DNA of 64,000 nucleotides. It comes from Octopus vulgaris. Its lineage: Eukaryota. Location: contig OX597814.1 in assembly GCA_951406725.2 (NCBI GenBank), positions 212,288,001 to 212,352,000 of the forward strand, given 5' to 3'. The stretch's first letter is position 1; each line of letters starts with the position of its first letter. Below the pieces are notes generated by a model, which was not told the origin of the DNA, made no database searches, and was given only the letters and a program-made list of their open reading frames with translations. Both the position numbers and the translations under genes were made by a program. Positions 39,012 to 54,925 of the stretch are shown in pieces.

Positions 39012-39210
39012 TTGTGCATTTGGAACTATTCCTAAAGAAACAAATGGTCAGAAGAAATATGCATAAAACCTAATCTAGTGCAGCTGCATAACAGTTTTTT
39101 TTAGTGAAATCTAGGATATTTGAAAGGGTCTTGTTGTTTAAGGTTACTTATTGGCGCCTGATGGCAGGAATGTTTTCCAACAGTCTAATCTGTTGGGCGT
39201 ATATAATATC
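39012..39210 (+). mobile_element. R4/Dong extreme 3' remnant after a TAA array
   Basis: AFGTIPK...RI..RVL resembles the GALG.IPK...RILR.VL ORF end. Confidence 0.5.
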
Positions 39211-39224
39211 ATAACATTTCTAAT

Positions 39225-39380
39225 AACAATTTTGACATAATGCACAGTGTTTAATTGGTATTTAATTTATCGAGCCGGTAAAACCGTAAAGCAAAGTCGG
39301 CCTCATAGGAATTTGAACTGACAAGTTAAAGACGGACAAAACGCCATTAAGGTTTTTGCTCGTGCAAACGTTTGTGCCAA
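39225..39380 (-). mobile_element. Old family A SINE remnant
   Basis: TTTATCGAGCC..GCAAAGTCGGCCTC..GGAATTTGAACT matches the family A core. Confidence 0.55.
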
Positions 39381-39838
39381 ATATATTATTCTCTAATGTA
39401 GCACGTTTACACCAACATATTTTCTAATAATTGATACAACAATAACCCCACACATTATACTGCAAATCATAGGTATATGTTGGCTGCGTAATTATTCACA
39501 TTTTGCGTGACCATAAATACTTAATTTCGATGAATAATTGAGGTTGGATTAACCGCTTAATATTAACTTGCTACTAAATTATATTGCTATTTTTAGAATG
39601 TAACGAAGCAGAGTGTGTCCTTGCAAATGTTCTTCCAATCTAACACAAGAAACGCGACTATGTATCGAACCATTCATACCATTCATGTATACACAAACCT
39701 ACATAAATATACATATATATGCATATACATATGTATTTTTATACACACACATACACACACACATATATATATATATATACATTTAAGTATATGCTTCCAT
39801 ACACGCATTCATGCATCCATACACACTCACGTTATATT

Positions 39839-39880
<42 letters not shown>

Positions 39881-39900
39881 TATATGTGTATATGTATATA

Positions 39901-39936
<36 letters not shown>

Positions 39937-41191
39937 TACACACACATATATGTATATAAAGGGAGAGAGAGAGACAGACAGACAGGGACAGACATACAGA
40001 CTAACAGACAGGCGGCAAGACAAGGAGTGGATATAAGCTTTCCCAAACGATTCCGAATTAATATTTGTGTAGAGAACCTGGAATAATTTTCTCACTTTCT
40101 TCTCACCACTCAAGCACTTTTAGTACCTTTTTTCTAACGGTATATGTGTTCGTGCATGCGCACGTTAGCTTGCTGCAGCTTCTTCTATGCTGATTACGAA
40201 TATTAAGTCAATAACTTTTGTCCACATTTGAAGCGTATTCCACACGACCAGACCTAGAATTCGTTAATAGCATGTCAATTGTGAAGAAATCTTGCCAATA
40301 ATACCATCTTTCTAATCAAGCGGTAGCCTTCTCAGAATATCGGAGAATGCCGATAATGGCATTCTGCATCTGCTAAAAACGCAATATTTCCCTGCAATGA
40401 AGCAGAGCAGGAAGACGGCTTAATATACAGGAAGAGTTACTCTACTAGCGGGTACAATTTCAACGTCTTATATTGCTTGCTAAAAATGTTATGCATTACA
40501 TTCTGTATAACTATTTCATTCTGTGCGTATTCATTATACCTGTATCCGTCTTATTTTTTTATCAAATACATGACAACATCAAATTTAAGCTTCCATTCTA
40601 AGTTCATTTTCGTTTTCATATAAAGGTACATACACATTTACCATGTGCTTAGGAAGCAAACTTCTCACCACGCAGCCACGCCCGAACCTCGGTTCAGTCT
40701 GACTGTGTGGCACCTCAGGCTACTGCCTTCTACTATAGTGTTCATAACCTGTCGGTTCGGCAAGACATGCAAATAGAATAAGCATCGGCATGAAAAAATA
40801 GGTTAAAATAAGTAAAAAAGAAATTATATATATATATATAATTAGGTACAAAATATTCTGGGTGAATACTCGATATCTGTAAGCACCTGTATATGCCCTT
40901 TAGTGGTGTAGGTGATAGGGTATATTCATCAAAAGAAAAACAGGATGCAAAGGATTTAGCGGTACATGTGTTTCTGGCTTTATTGGTCAGTTTATATCAA
41001 TGTATAATTGATGTAACATGTATGTCAATAGACTTCTTCAACCGCGCAAAATTACCACACCAAAGACATGTATTACATTATAGCAGGTTTGAGAAGTATG
41101 GCAAAAATACGGGTTTCGTTCGGGATGCAAATCCTCATAGTCGTATACAGCAGAGCGAGACACCAAAACAAAACGCCCATATCGTCTTTCA

Positions 41192-41237
<46 letters not shown>

Positions 41238-41379
41238 CTATAATTTACAGAACAAAACATGAAAACAAAAGACGAAGAGAGGTGTGTAAACAACAAACAG
41301 GTGTAGTAGTTTAAAGATCAGGAAAATTAAAAAGTCGTTTACGTTTCGATCACCAAACGCACCAGTTTGATTTCCGCTA

Positions 41380-41647
<268 letters not shown>

Positions 41648-41807
41648 CGTGCGTGTGTGTGTGTGTAAGACATATTTGCCATTCAGAAACAGTAAAACAC
41701 GGTTAACTTTACTGGAATATTGACAGTTTGTAATATGGTCTGGAAAAGACTCCAAACATTAAAGACCTTTTCACTTCCCGAGCATTAAGCTAATACATCT
41801 GTTTATT

Positions 41808-42125
41808 ATATGGTAAGAAGCTTGCCTCCCAACTGCATGGGTTCGGGTTCTGCATGGCAAATTAGGCCAGTGTCTGCTACTGTATCTTCGGGCCTACCAA
41901 AGCTTTGTGAGTGGATTTGATAATACATATGTGTGCATGTGTGTGTGTGTGTGTGTTTGTGCGTTTACGTCCACGTAAATTAGCGCAAAAAAGATCGATA
42001 GAATAAGTAGTAATCATTTACAAAACAAGAGCTGTGATCGATTTGTTCGACCAAAACACTTCAAAATTGTGCTGCAGCATGGCCACGATTAAATTACTGA
42101 AACAAGTAAAAGAATAAAAGAACAA
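41808..42125 (+). mobile_element. Diverged tRNA-derived SINE (family C)
   Basis: TGGTAAGAAGCTTGC..CCAAAGCTTTGTGAGTGGATTTG..(TG)n..CAGCATGGCCAC..ACTGAAACAAGTAAAAG; homologous to 50622-51423. Confidence 0.75.
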
Positions 42126-42963
42126 GAATATAGATATATATTCATATTAAGGGAATGTAACAGGTAAAATCCAGGCTCCACATATTTACTAGTTAGTAGA
42201 TTCTCTGCTGTATAAATTACTCAACCAAGGGTACTCAGCTAGTTGCTCATCAGCTCCGAGATACCTTAATTTTATGAAGGTTACATTGTCGTTTGGAAAT
42301 CCCAAGTTAACATAACGTTGAGGTATTCTGAGATTATGTAAATACAGATTTTGGTTATGTATATAATTCGTATATCTTACATTATCTGGACATAGTCACC
42401 TCGCCAGTTCGTTTGTTTTCAGCAGAATCAATCTGGTGCTTTCAGAGGTGTTTCTCGTTGCATTTTCCAAAGCAGTGAAATGATCATGCTACGATAATTT
42501 CACCTAATACCAAAATCATAGAATAATGATATTGTCATTGAAGTCAGAAAATTTAAACCTTTCAATCTATTCACAGCATTTTACATTTTTATAGTACAAC
42601 CATAATTTTATTGGCCGTAGCAATATCATGCCGGAAAACTTTGTTACTCTTAAATCTATAAGCAACATTGAGCTATGATGTATTTAGATGAATTTTTTAA
42701 AATAATTTACTTTGTCTAGCGCTAATTAAAATATATCGCATATATGCAGTACCTTACTGTAAAGGCATGGATCATGAAAAGTGTGAGGCATATATCAGAA
42801 AAGTACCTTCACTTAAATTTCTTTTCAATTCATCACTAGATTTGGATGAATGAGATTTGTGATTATGAACAAAGCTCTACTCCGCCCAGATAGGAAAACA
42901 ATTCGAATAGCGGATCCTGCAGTAAAATACAGTTTGGTACATATATCATTTAAATTATATATC

Positions 42964-43010
<47 letters not shown>

Positions 43011-45814
43011 ATTACTGCTGGCTATAAATTACTGCTGGCTGTTCTATTGGAATGATGGGATTCCATTTACATATAATAACAAATATTCTTGAATGTTCGT
43101 CTGAAATTCAAAATATTTTAAGGCATTTATCTACTACCAGCGAAAGTATCATAATATATTTTACACTATTTTTTTATTTCTATCTGATATAAATATATTG
43201 TCCAGTACCCACCTTTTAAATCGACATAAATATATAATTTATATATTCCCTTTCTGTGAATTTATATGTAAATTGCATGTATAAAGAAAAGTTCAAGTGT
43301 CTGTATTGTGGTGTTGACACAAATAATCTAAAATGTCTTGAATCTTCAATATATCTAAGGATATCTGAATTATGAGTTATAAGGCTAAATGCGAAAAACT
43401 ATATTTAGGTTATAATGCAAATGAAAGGAATATATAGTAAAGTAAATAATGTCTCCGATTCTGTTCATAATGAATAACATACATATTAAATTTAATTGCT
43501 GTGCAAGATTTATGATTTTGTTGTACTTTTATGTTTGTTCACGAGAAAGATAGGCAAAATGGAATATTTCCACAGATATGGTTCTCCAAGGAGTGCCGCC
43601 GCGAACAATATGTCAGTTTATAGCATTTCTATAATGAATTGTATAATATTAACATGATCATCCTCGTGCATCCATATCCATTTCTTTTTATTATTGGATG
43701 TTAACACCTTTAAAAGGGAAGTTCATAAACAGCTAAATTGTATACACAAAGGGGAACAGTATTTAGTTTCTAGAGCTACTATCGCATTAACTCTTTTACT
43801 TGCTAGTTATTCATTAAAAAATAAATGTTTCTTTTTTCTCATATGAAGTTAAATGACCTTGAAAAAATGACCATCGCAAATATTTATTTTTCATAGTGTT
43901 TAAGGGTAGAAATTTACGGTAAGTAATACATGCGTTAATCTCTAACAACGTGTTCAGCACCATTATTATTCCGAATGAGGCAGTGTAGAGAATGTGCCTC
44001 AACGTTTTTAAAGAATTTCTAACTTACAATGAAATATTTATTAAGAAGTCATGCTTAATAGCAACGCATGTCTTGTGACACCTCGGAACACCTGGAAATG
44101 GTATGGCACTATTTTTTATAAAGACTCACTCTCAACTAAAAAAAAATCGCTGTTTCACACGTGTGCTCCTTGTTTGCTTTATCTCCTTCCGCTGTGCTCT
44201 CAAAATGAGGGAGCAAAATGCGTACTACAGATGAGTATACGAGTATACAAATATCTGAGTTTAAGAATCACGGAATTTCGTCGCAAAACTGATATTGCAT
44301 TCATCCAGTCTCCTTCGCCTAAATGTTTTAGCTGCTATCAACATTCATAAATGAACGTATAGTAGATTTATCAATATTAATGTGTATGGTGTCAAATTTA
44401 AGTCTCCTAAGTACCACATACATTTCCATCTATGGAGTTTCGAACGGTAGTTGTACCAGAAACTTTCTAAATATAAATTAGCTTTCAAAATAGGTATGCA
44501 ACAAATGGTGCACGTTTCTATGTATAGAAATATGTTTACAAGTGCGCCCGCACACGCACACACAAACACACATACACACATAAGTACACACCTGCAGACG
44601 TAGACATGCATATATATATGAATGTGTATGTGTATGTACATATATCTAAATATACATTAATTTAAGATTAGATAGGTTATATAATATCACTTGCTACAAT
44701 CAGAGCCACTGCTCCAAAAGCAATGCAGCGAAAATTTCAGAAATAGGCTTACCCTTGCTTTGAATACATAGACAAATAATACATATTTCAATACCAACTG
44801 ATTTCACGCTTTGCATGATAAACATGCTTTGCGATCTCCTGTTGAAAACAGAATTTAACATCTATTTCTAAAATAATCACTACGTTAGCTCCTGTGCGTT
44901 CCTAACTTTAAACGAATATGTATATATATGTTTATGTATTAATATATATATATATATGTGTGTGTGTGTATGTGTGTGTGTGTGCGTGCATGTGTGTGTG
45001 TGCATGTGTCTGTGTCTGGTGTAAGTATGTATGAAGGTAATTCTTCATTAACAACCTACATCGGATGTTGTCTTAATGTAAGTAATTAATAAATTTTCAA
45101 ATTTTATTTGTTTTTCTGCTTATTCACGACGTCAGATATGAAATTCATATCGTATTTAATTTTCAATTTACTTTTTTGATATGACAGTCAGAGCTAATTA
45201 ATTTCTCCCAGTTACGAAATATATTTTCACATTTTTAATAAAATAGACTTATATCATTGTTACCTGATTCAGCATATCATCTGTCACGAGAAATTTTTTT
45301 TAATTTATATACTTTTATGTAGCGGTCATAGATATAAATCTTTCATCTTTTTGATTAGTGTCTCACTATGAGAAGTGAATGTTATTATTCTTAAATTCAT
45401 AGCAAATGAAATGTTTGAGAAGCCCACATTTATACGAAGAACACAGAAGCTGTGCTTAATCAGCATTTCACTTAAAGTATCTAATAAATACAAAAATATT
45501 AACTTTTTACTGGTAGCTGTTCACTGGTCGGCTGAAATGGTTCTTTATATTCGGTTACATAGAGATAAAAACGGGTTGAAGGTTTTGGTTTGCTTAACAT
45601 TTCATGCTTGTTCAAAAATACCATGCTATTATTAAAGGTTCTTAGAACGTTCCGACAAGCTGAACTTTTAGAATAACATTTTGACCAATCCGTATGCAAC
45701 TTAAACATCAAGGTTTGACAGGTACCGATATTCTGTAACTTGTTTATATTTATATGCTAGAGATATTTTAAAATCCACATCATTAATTGGTTGTAATATT
45801 ATAGCTGTTCTTTT

Positions 45815-46170
45815 CATTCAGAACAGGTTTGAACATTTTAATAAACCGTTTTTCTTCTATCTTTCTTCCAATCTCACTTGTGTCATAGCTTGTGGGAAGG
45901 AAAAATTAGAAACATTTCCTGACCATATGTCTCTATATATTTGCTCAGTGGAATTTGTCGAACATTGGTGTTCCGGATTTGTTGTTTGTGGACTCGTGAA
46001 CGTTCCAATAATGCATTCCCTGTCTCACTTGTATATTATTCCTTACTAGCCGGATATTTAACGCAGTTCCGACAAATGTTTTGGATATCTTCCTCCAATT
46101 CCTGATGGTTGACTATAGATGCTAGATGTGAATTTTTCCTCTTTCATCAATAATCAAAGTTGGTCACTGT
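45815..46170 (-). mobile_element. Penelope-like GIY-YIG remnant
   Basis: Minus strand YTSETGNALLERSRVHKQQIRN..RQIPLSKY..F.IF..EKRFIKMFKPVLN. Confidence 0.65.
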
Positions 46171-46260
46171 CTATATTTCTTGTTGACTGATTAGTACATA
46201 GACAATTGACGTTTTTCTTTTTGGTCTTACACAGTATTTAGCTACCTTAATTATTTTATG

Positions 46261-46310
<50 letters not shown>

Positions 46311-46925
46311 TGTGTGTGTGCGTGTGTGTGTGTTTGTGAGTGTGTGTGTTTGTGTATATGTGTATATGTGTGTGTGTGCATGTGTGTGTGTATTTTCTAG
46401 TGCTAATCATTGGATGTTCTCCGATAATTAATACCTTACACTCTTGAAGTCGCAGTTTTCGCCATAGATGTTTTCATCTTTTCAGCATAAGAGAGAAATT
46501 TTAACAATGCAAAGAAAATGGAGAATGTGTACACAGAATAATGAATATATTTATAATAACAATAATTAATTCATGTTGCGTACGCGCGGATCGGTTCTAG
46601 TTACTTAAATTCATATTATGAAATTTAATTGCCGAAACGCGCGTAAGCAATGGAGATGGTTAGTCAAAGCTTCGTTGTGAATATAATGTTCCTGTTTTAT
46701 GTCATCTTGTCAAAGTACAATATATTCTTTGGCATTCGATCCATTGAAATGCCTACGGTCTACTTCAAAAACGTTTGAAAGCTTCATTACATTTTTAAGA
46801 CGGTACCAACTTAAATCAGGTAAGCAAAGTATCTCCAACTAAGGTTTTTGAAGCAATTTTAAGTTGAAAATATAAAGTTTGTAATTGTGCATTTCTGAAT
46901 ATATAATTTTTGGCATATACGATCA

Positions 46926-47018
46926 TTCTCTCACTCTCCCTCTCTCTATCTCTCTTTCTCTCTCTCTCTGTATACATGTGTGTACTTGCGTGCGTGCGTG
47001 TGTGTGTGTGTTGTGTGT

Positions 47019-47087
<69 letters not shown>

Positions 47088-47412
47088 TGTGTTTGTGTGT
47101 GTGTGCTTGGACAGAAAGAGATGCAGAGAGGGAGGAAGATGACTGAAGCACAAGCTGATGCAAAATGAGTTCTCTCTCCCTCTCTCTCTCTCTATTTATC
47201 TCTCTTTCTTTCTCTCTCTTTCTCTCTTCTTGTCTCTTTTTACCTCTCTCTTTCCTTCTCCCTATCTCTGTATACATGTGTGTGCTTGCGTGTGTGTGCG
47301 TTGTGTGTTGTGTGTGTGTGTGTGTTTGTGTGTGTCCGTGTGTATGCTTTGACAGAAAGAGATGCAGAGAGGGAGGAAGATGACTGAAGCCCAAGTTGAT
47401 GCAAAATGAGTT
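46926..47412. repeat. Tandem duplication of a ~240-bp (CT)n-(TG)n-unique cassette
   Basis: GACAGAAAGAGATGCAGAGAGGGAGGAAGATGACTGAAGC.CAAG.TGATGCAAAATGAGTT occurs at ~47110 and ~47351, each preceded by CTCTGTATACATGTGTGT. Confidence 0.9.
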
Positions 47413-48237
47413 CCATAGCTATATTTGAGTCCAATTAGAATATCTGAAATTCGATACGAACTGAAATTTTGTAGATAATTGATATTGAAATTTGATGAAC
47501 TTGAAGATGAATGAGTTAATAATGGACAGGTTTTGCAATGAAAGAAAGTAATTCGGTGAAGAAAACTTGACATGTTTATCCGGTTTGGCTATCCAAAGGT
47601 AAGGGAAATATTCAGCTAATACACTCTGACAAAACAGTACGTTCCCTAAAGTGAAGAATAACCTCTAAAGTGAGGCCGGGGCTTTTCCTATCAGAATAAG
47701 ACTTTACTCTTCAATCTAAAAATATCAGAAACTATTCATCCTTACCTCAGAAGAGATGTCACTTTGGGTTGCTAATGATCTCCTTAGTCTGCAACTGATT
47801 GCAGTTTGACGTAGCTTTTGGCAGTAACAAACTATTCTCTGGGGCGCAGCATTGGGTATAATCCTTATGTCGAAATGCATCCAAAGATTAAAAAGCTTAA
47901 CACGTTTAGCGCACATCTGTCACTGAAAGTTATAGAACTCTAACATTCGAAGTATTAAGTTTTTCCAACTTTTTTTAGCATTTAGTAACTAAATGGCAAT
48001 TGTAATATACAATGATAGTTCAAGGATCTAAATGCACGAATAACAATTTTGATGATGGCTACGTCATTTTTAACAGCAGTTGGAATGGAAACGAGTGTAA
48101 CATTATTCTCTCGGTTATTTCAAAATTAAAGTCACGAAGAAACGATTATAAAATATTTCAGGCCACCACAGCAACCAATGAGCGAAGAGAATCACAGAAA
48201 TATACATGCAACTTAATGTTAATATGTGCATTATATT

Positions 48238-48425
48238 AAGGCAGTTAGCTAGCAGAATCGTTAGCACACCAGACAGAATACTCTCAGAGTTTAAATTCGG
48301 CTGAGGTGTTGCTTTCGATCACTTCGGGCTGGAAAAAATAAACATCAGTCGAATACTGAAGTCGGTATAACCAACCTAACCCTCCCCTAACATTGCTGTT
48401 CCTATGCCAAAATTTGAAGCCAAGA
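48238..48425 (+). mobile_element. Diverged family A-like SINE
   Basis: AAGGCAGTTAGCTAGCAGAATCGTTAGCAC..GAGTTTAAATTCGGCTGAGG. Confidence 0.65.
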
Positions 48426-49251
48426 TGTATATTATGTTCTTTTATGAGACAAAAGAGGAATTTTTATTTACTTTAGATTCTCTCTACTTACATATAAAGT
48501 ATTCTTTCTTACATATACTTTAATAGTTCATAACTGATCGTAACGTTTTATACCTATGACTCTAATGATTCCCTATATGCAAGAACATTGTGTATAATTT
48601 CATAACTGTGATACGATCTCATTGTGATACAATCCCGGAGTCTTCTGCATACATGCTAATAACACATAAATTATAGGCAGCGAAAGCTGTATAAATGATA
48701 TATTTTTCTCGCTTTAATATTCAACACAGGATAGTTTGTTTGAATCACATAGAAATGAAATAAGTCGTCTAAAATATACATCAATACTTCCACCATTAAA
48801 GAATGTTTGCCATAAACTTTTATGAATTACGCATAATTTCTTAAGTAAAGTTTTCCAGAATATATGTCATTATATATAAATGGTATCTAATCGGCTTTTT
48901 GCAACAGTGTATGTCTCAGTACTTTAATATACGATGTAAAACTACGCAGATATGTACCTCAGGTTGTCTTTCCATACGTTCATGCAATGCAAACGAGTTA
49001 TTTTGTTTTATCTTTGCATAATGGCTGTCTAAATCGCAAAACCTAGCGCAGCTAGTGTCAATTCAAAGTAGCAATGACCAGAGATCACGGGATTTACTAC
49101 TGAATATTCACTGCACCATGTATGCATATATGTCAATTTCATACACCCATTATATAACCAGTGTGATAATAAAAAGTGTTTGTTCCTAAAATGTATCCTG
49201 TATATGTTCTGTATCTTACGAATATATCTGTAGGAAAATTGACCAATTTGA

Positions 49252-49312
<61 letters not shown>

Positions 49313-49396
49313 CATGTGTGTATGCATGTGTGCTTATATACATGCGTATATATATATATACATATACATTGACACACACACATATATATATATACT

Positions 49397-49452
<56 letters not shown>

Positions 49453-49528
49453 CATGTGTGTGTGCATGTGTGCTTATATACATGCGTATATATATACATA
49501 TAGATTTACACACACACATATATATATA

Positions 49529-49569
<41 letters not shown>

Positions 49570-50621
49570 GCATATATATCTGGAGTGCGTGTATGCGTAT
49601 ATAAACGTAGTTACACATATGTGTAATATTTGTATATGTAGGTGCGTATGTGTAAAATGTACACAAAACTTTATCTAAGATATCCATTTAGCATTGAATG
49701 GCTTTTTGCGCAATATAATATAAGATGTCGTACCTCTCACAAATTGTAACATCGATTTCTTCCTATGGTGTTGCAGTCAATTGTTTTACGATAAATGTTA
49801 TTTTCATAACCTAAATTTTGTTCCACAGTTAGAGAAATTGCATACATAGAGAGAAACCTAGGAATATTAGAGATAAATGTGCAGGTAACATTCAGTTTTA
49901 TTTGATTTCATTCAGATGCATTCACTCCACACCTCACCAATACAACAACCATCATTTGCAAAACTGAATTGCCCTGCCATTGTTTCCTTTTTCTTCTGTT
50001 TCCCGTTTACCAACTCATTATTTTCTAGGATGAAAAACCTTTCTTTGTTAGAGAACACTTAACGAGGTATTCAACTCCCTATTTTTCTACAAATTTCACT
50101 TTCTTTAAGGCGAACCTGGAGGGTGGATCAGGTTTTCTAGTTTATGCCTCATATGCTATGATGCAGATTTTCTCCAATTACTGCGTTCTCTTTGTTATTA
50201 ACAAAAGCAATTTGCCAATGTTTAAAAACTAGTTTAAACGCTATACATAATGTCGTTGCATCATCTCTGGTATTGTCGAACACCTACCCTACCAGGGTAC
50301 ACCTTGCATTTGTTTTTTCATTGCAACAGAAGCGATGTTATTTGCCGAAAATTGGTAAAGCATGCAATATCAAACATGATAGTCCTTAAAATAAAGGAAT
50401 TTTGTGGATTGTCAGAAACTAAAAATAAAACAATATCAAAATAAAATATAACTTAATATGGTATTGAGTTAAATCACACTTCATGCCAACGTGAGCAAGT
50501 GTCTATTTATATCACATCAGGCTGACCAAAGGCTAGTCAGTGGATCTCGTAGACGGAAACTGAAAGAAGCTCGTACTGTACACATACTCACACATGCACA
50601 CGTATGTATGTATGTATGTAT

Positions 50622-50846
50622 ATTTTTCTTTTATTTGTTTCAGTAATTTGACTGCGGCCATGCTGGAGCACCACCTTTAGTCGAGCAAATCGAGCCCAGG
50701 ACTTATTCTTTGTAAGCATAGTACTTATTCTATCGGTTCTCTTGCCAAACCGCTAAGTGATGGGGACGTAAACCTACCAGCATCTGTTGTCAAGCGATAT
50801 TAGGGGGACACTCACAGATACACAAACATATATATGCATACATACA

Positions 50847-50927
<81 letters not shown>

Positions 50928-51423
50928 GTAAAGACCCCTTCGGTCATGAATGACCATGGGATTGCACCTAGAAAGTTACCCTCCTAGACCAAGTCCCAAG
51001 GTTGTTTATGGAAGACCAGCAGTCGCCCATGCATACCGGCCTCCCCTCTCCACGCCACCAGTGTTATCCAATGGAAAGACAAAGGTCGATACAGCTTGGC
51101 ACCAGTGACGTCGCAACTCATTTCTACAGCTGAGTGAACTGGAGCAACGTGAAATAAAGTGCCTTGCTCAAGAACACAACACGCAGCTCGGTCCGGGATT
51201 CGAGCTCACAACCTCACGATCGTAAGCTCGACGCTCTGACCACTGAGCCAATACATATATATATATCTACGACGGGCTTCTTTCAGTTTCCGTCTACCTA
51301 ATCCACTCACAAGGCTTTGGTCAGCCCGAGGCTATAGTAGAATACACTTGCTCAAGGTGCCACGCAGTGGAACTGAACTCGGAACCATGTGGCTGGTAAG
51401 CAAGATACTTACCACACAGCCAC
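50622..51423 (-). mobile_element. Family C SINE containing a nested SINE
   Basis: Head GTGGCTGTGTGGTAAG..GAGTTCAGTTCC..GCACCTTGAGCAAG at 51423; tail GGTGCTCCAGCATGGCCGCAGTCAAATTACTGAAAC at ~50635-50675. Confidence 0.85.
50924..51250 (-). mobile_element. tRNA-derived SINE (family D) inserted in the internal (TA)n of the family C SINE
   Basis: TGGCTCAGTGGTCAGAGCG..GAGCTCGAATCCC..GTGTTCTTGAGCAAGGCAC (CORE-like), with a distinct tail ending GAAGGGGTCTTTACCC. Confidence 0.85.
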
Positions 51424-52025
51424 AATATTTATATATGTAAAACAGAATTTAAAAATAGTTCTGGCTTGATTTCTTCCATTACACCTATTAATGCAGTTTA
51501 CCAGCGTGGTTGCAGCCCAATGACAGAAGCAAAGAAAATTGGAAGATACCGTGCCCTGGCAATTTCTATTATGTTATTCTAGTCATCGTACGTCGGCTGG
51601 TACTCCTAATCGGCAGCAGACAGTAAATCAATTACGAGGTGGGACCGATAAGCGGTGAACTCATAAACAAGCAATTCACCGTCTTTTGAAACAGTGAAAA
51701 TTTCTGGCTGTAGAAAAATGGTATATACATGCATCTAAATCAGCTCACTCCGCCACCTATCTTGTACGTATATATGTGTGTGTGTGAGCGTGAGCGAACG
51801 TATGTGTGTCAATCGAGAGGGGAATGAGATCCAGACATATTCGATGTAGAAAACATGTTGTCGTGCTCAGATGATATGACTTTGCACACAGACATTTTTA
51901 TCGAGGGTTACATCTGATCAGTCAGGAGAGGTTATAAGATGAAGCCATGTGAGCTGATATGAATATAAAGATGCAAATATACAAGTAAAGAATCTTAAGC
52001 TTGATATATATAAAATATACATACA

Positions 52026-52467
<442 letters not shown>

Positions 52468-53684
52468 AGAATTTAAAAATATATTCTTTGCTTCTATTGG
52501 TAAGTAAAATACCATCGCTGTAAAAGTAGTTGAATAACTTCCTTCTTTATAGGGGGTACGATGAAGAAAGTGTAAGGCATTATTTCCTCTTATACCTCTG
52601 GTCACACCTCTACAAAGTCAAAGTCACTGGACTATCAAAACAATTTGATAGAACGAGCGAAAACGATAGAAGCTGTGCGTCACTTTTTTCGAATATGAAA
52701 ACACTTCTCCAGAATCAAACGCTTTGAAATAAACCGTATGATAACAAAATGCATGCAGTTCTAAGATGTAGCAGAGGCCGAATACAGGTGGGCTAAGATT
52801 CAACATATTCTAAAACATGAAATTTTGTGGAACAGCATTGAAAGTTATCACCGTAGTAATCGATGTGCTCAATGCAAAGTTCACCGACATGTTAAGTTGC
52901 CGAATAGTATCCAAGAGTTCGAAAGACACTACTCAGGTTTCCACGACTTCTCACACACACATCCTCAGGTAAATTTTAGAGAGGTAAGATGTCAAGCAGA
53001 TTAGACTTCATACCTCAAATTTCAGACAACGATTTCAATCGAACATCACTGGATATGTGGTATTTAATAAAATAACATTCACATTCATAAGAAAATTAGA
53101 GGTGACATGAACGGGCACACGTGAAGCAGAGAGATCAGACCGTTGTATTATTTAGATTCAGTTACGTTATTTAGATTCATTGGTTTATGTTTAGAGAACG
53201 CACACGTATCACAGATATACTGTAGCCTTGAGTTGACCTTAAGATCATTAGAAACACGATATTTTGTCAGTAAAGTGAGATTCAGAGACACGTCTCAGGG
53301 CAGCAGAAAGCCATAAAAATGTCAACTATGCAACGTAAGTATAATAGATTCACATATATTCACATTCACACTCCAAGACACAAACATGTGCACGTATAGT
53401 ATATAGAATGGAGGTTATCGCTCTCATCTCTAGCTTTAAGTTATACTTACACACCAAGCTTTCTGCGTGGTCGCCCGTCCTCGACAGAGCTAGAAATCAT
53501 GATCCAAGTGTATCCGAATGCCAAAATATTTAGCATTGAGCTGTATTTGCAATGTTTAAATTATTTAACCAGTTCGACCGCTAACAGTTATTTTTCTGTT
53601 GAGTTTTTCAGTGTTATTGGTGGTTTAACTGAGGGTTCTTTGTATATATATACATACATATACATACATACATACACACACAAG

Positions 53685-53726
<42 letters not shown>

Positions 53727-54539
53727 ACCTTCGAGACCTTTTGGTCCATAGCTCCTTCCCTGACCCTACCTCCCAACCCGGCTCGTTCCCCTGCTCCCGC
53801 CCACGTTGCCGCACTTGCCCTTACCTCTCCAACACCACCCGCCTCACTATCACCCACCATCGACCCTATCCCATCATCCACTCCTTCACCTGCAATATTA
53901 TCCAGCAATATTATCTATTGCATCTCTTGCTCTCTCTGCAATTCCTTGTACATCGGACAAACGGGACGCCGCTTGGCTGACCGGTTCGCGGAACACCTTC
54001 GTGACATCCACCTTGCGAACGACACACCGGTCTCACGCCATTTCCGCTCCACCGGTCACTCCTTGCAACACCTATCTGTGTTCGGTTTGTCCTTACACAG
54101 AGGCCATCCGGATTCCCGTTTGCGCCGTGAACAGGAATTAATCTTCTCTCTTCGCTCTTATACGCCATTTGGTCACAACTCTCCCCCCTCCTCATCAAAC
54201 CCCCTCTCCCCCTCCTCACCTATCCTTTCCCCCCGACCCCTACTTCTTCAGTCCTTCATCCTTTCACCCCTACTCCCCTTCCCTTCTTCCCTCTTTCTAC
54301 CCCCCCTCCTTCCCTCTTCCCCTTCCCTCTGCTCCCTCACTCCCTCACTCCCCTTCTCTCTCCCCCTCTCCCTATTTCCTCCTTCCTCCCCCTCCTCCCC
54401 TCCTCTCCTCTTCCCCCTCTCCTCCCCCTCTTATTCTCCCTTCTCCCCCCGCTTCTCCCCCTCCCCCGCTTCTCCCCCTCCCCCTCTTCTCCTCACTACA
54501 CCACACGACTTTACACATCACATCATATATGATGTGCCA

Positions 54540-54775
54540 TACTAATACATACACCAACTAATACATACTAATACGTACTAATACATACTAATACATACTA
54601 ATACATACACCAACCCTATACATACACACGTCCAGACCCCTCATACGCACTTATACTCTCTCATACACACACACACACTTATACATACTAGTACGTACTA
54701 ATACATACTAATACATACTAATACATACACCAACCCCATACATACGCACGTCCAGACCAATCCTACGCACTAATA

Positions 54776-54812
<37 letters not shown>

Positions 54813-54925
54813 ATACATACTAATACATACACCAACCCTATACATACACACGTCCAGACCCCTCCTACGCACTATTAGCTGGTCCTTCAACCCTATTATC
54901 AACCCTATTATCAACCCTATTATCT
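54540..54925. repeat. Minisatellites in the PLE 3' region
   Basis: Three ~120-bp units containing CGTCCAGACC..TACGCACT; (ATACATACTA)n; 3x TCAACCCTATTA. Confidence 0.85.

Noticed and set aside
46575-46601. Helitron-like 3' end (GCGTACGCGCGG...CTAG|T)
   Set aside because: The hairpin is incomplete and no 5' end could be located.
53499-54545. 348-aa ORF as a host proline-rich protein
   Set aside because: Composite of flank, (TA)n, PLE GIY-YIG and a C/T-rich tract.
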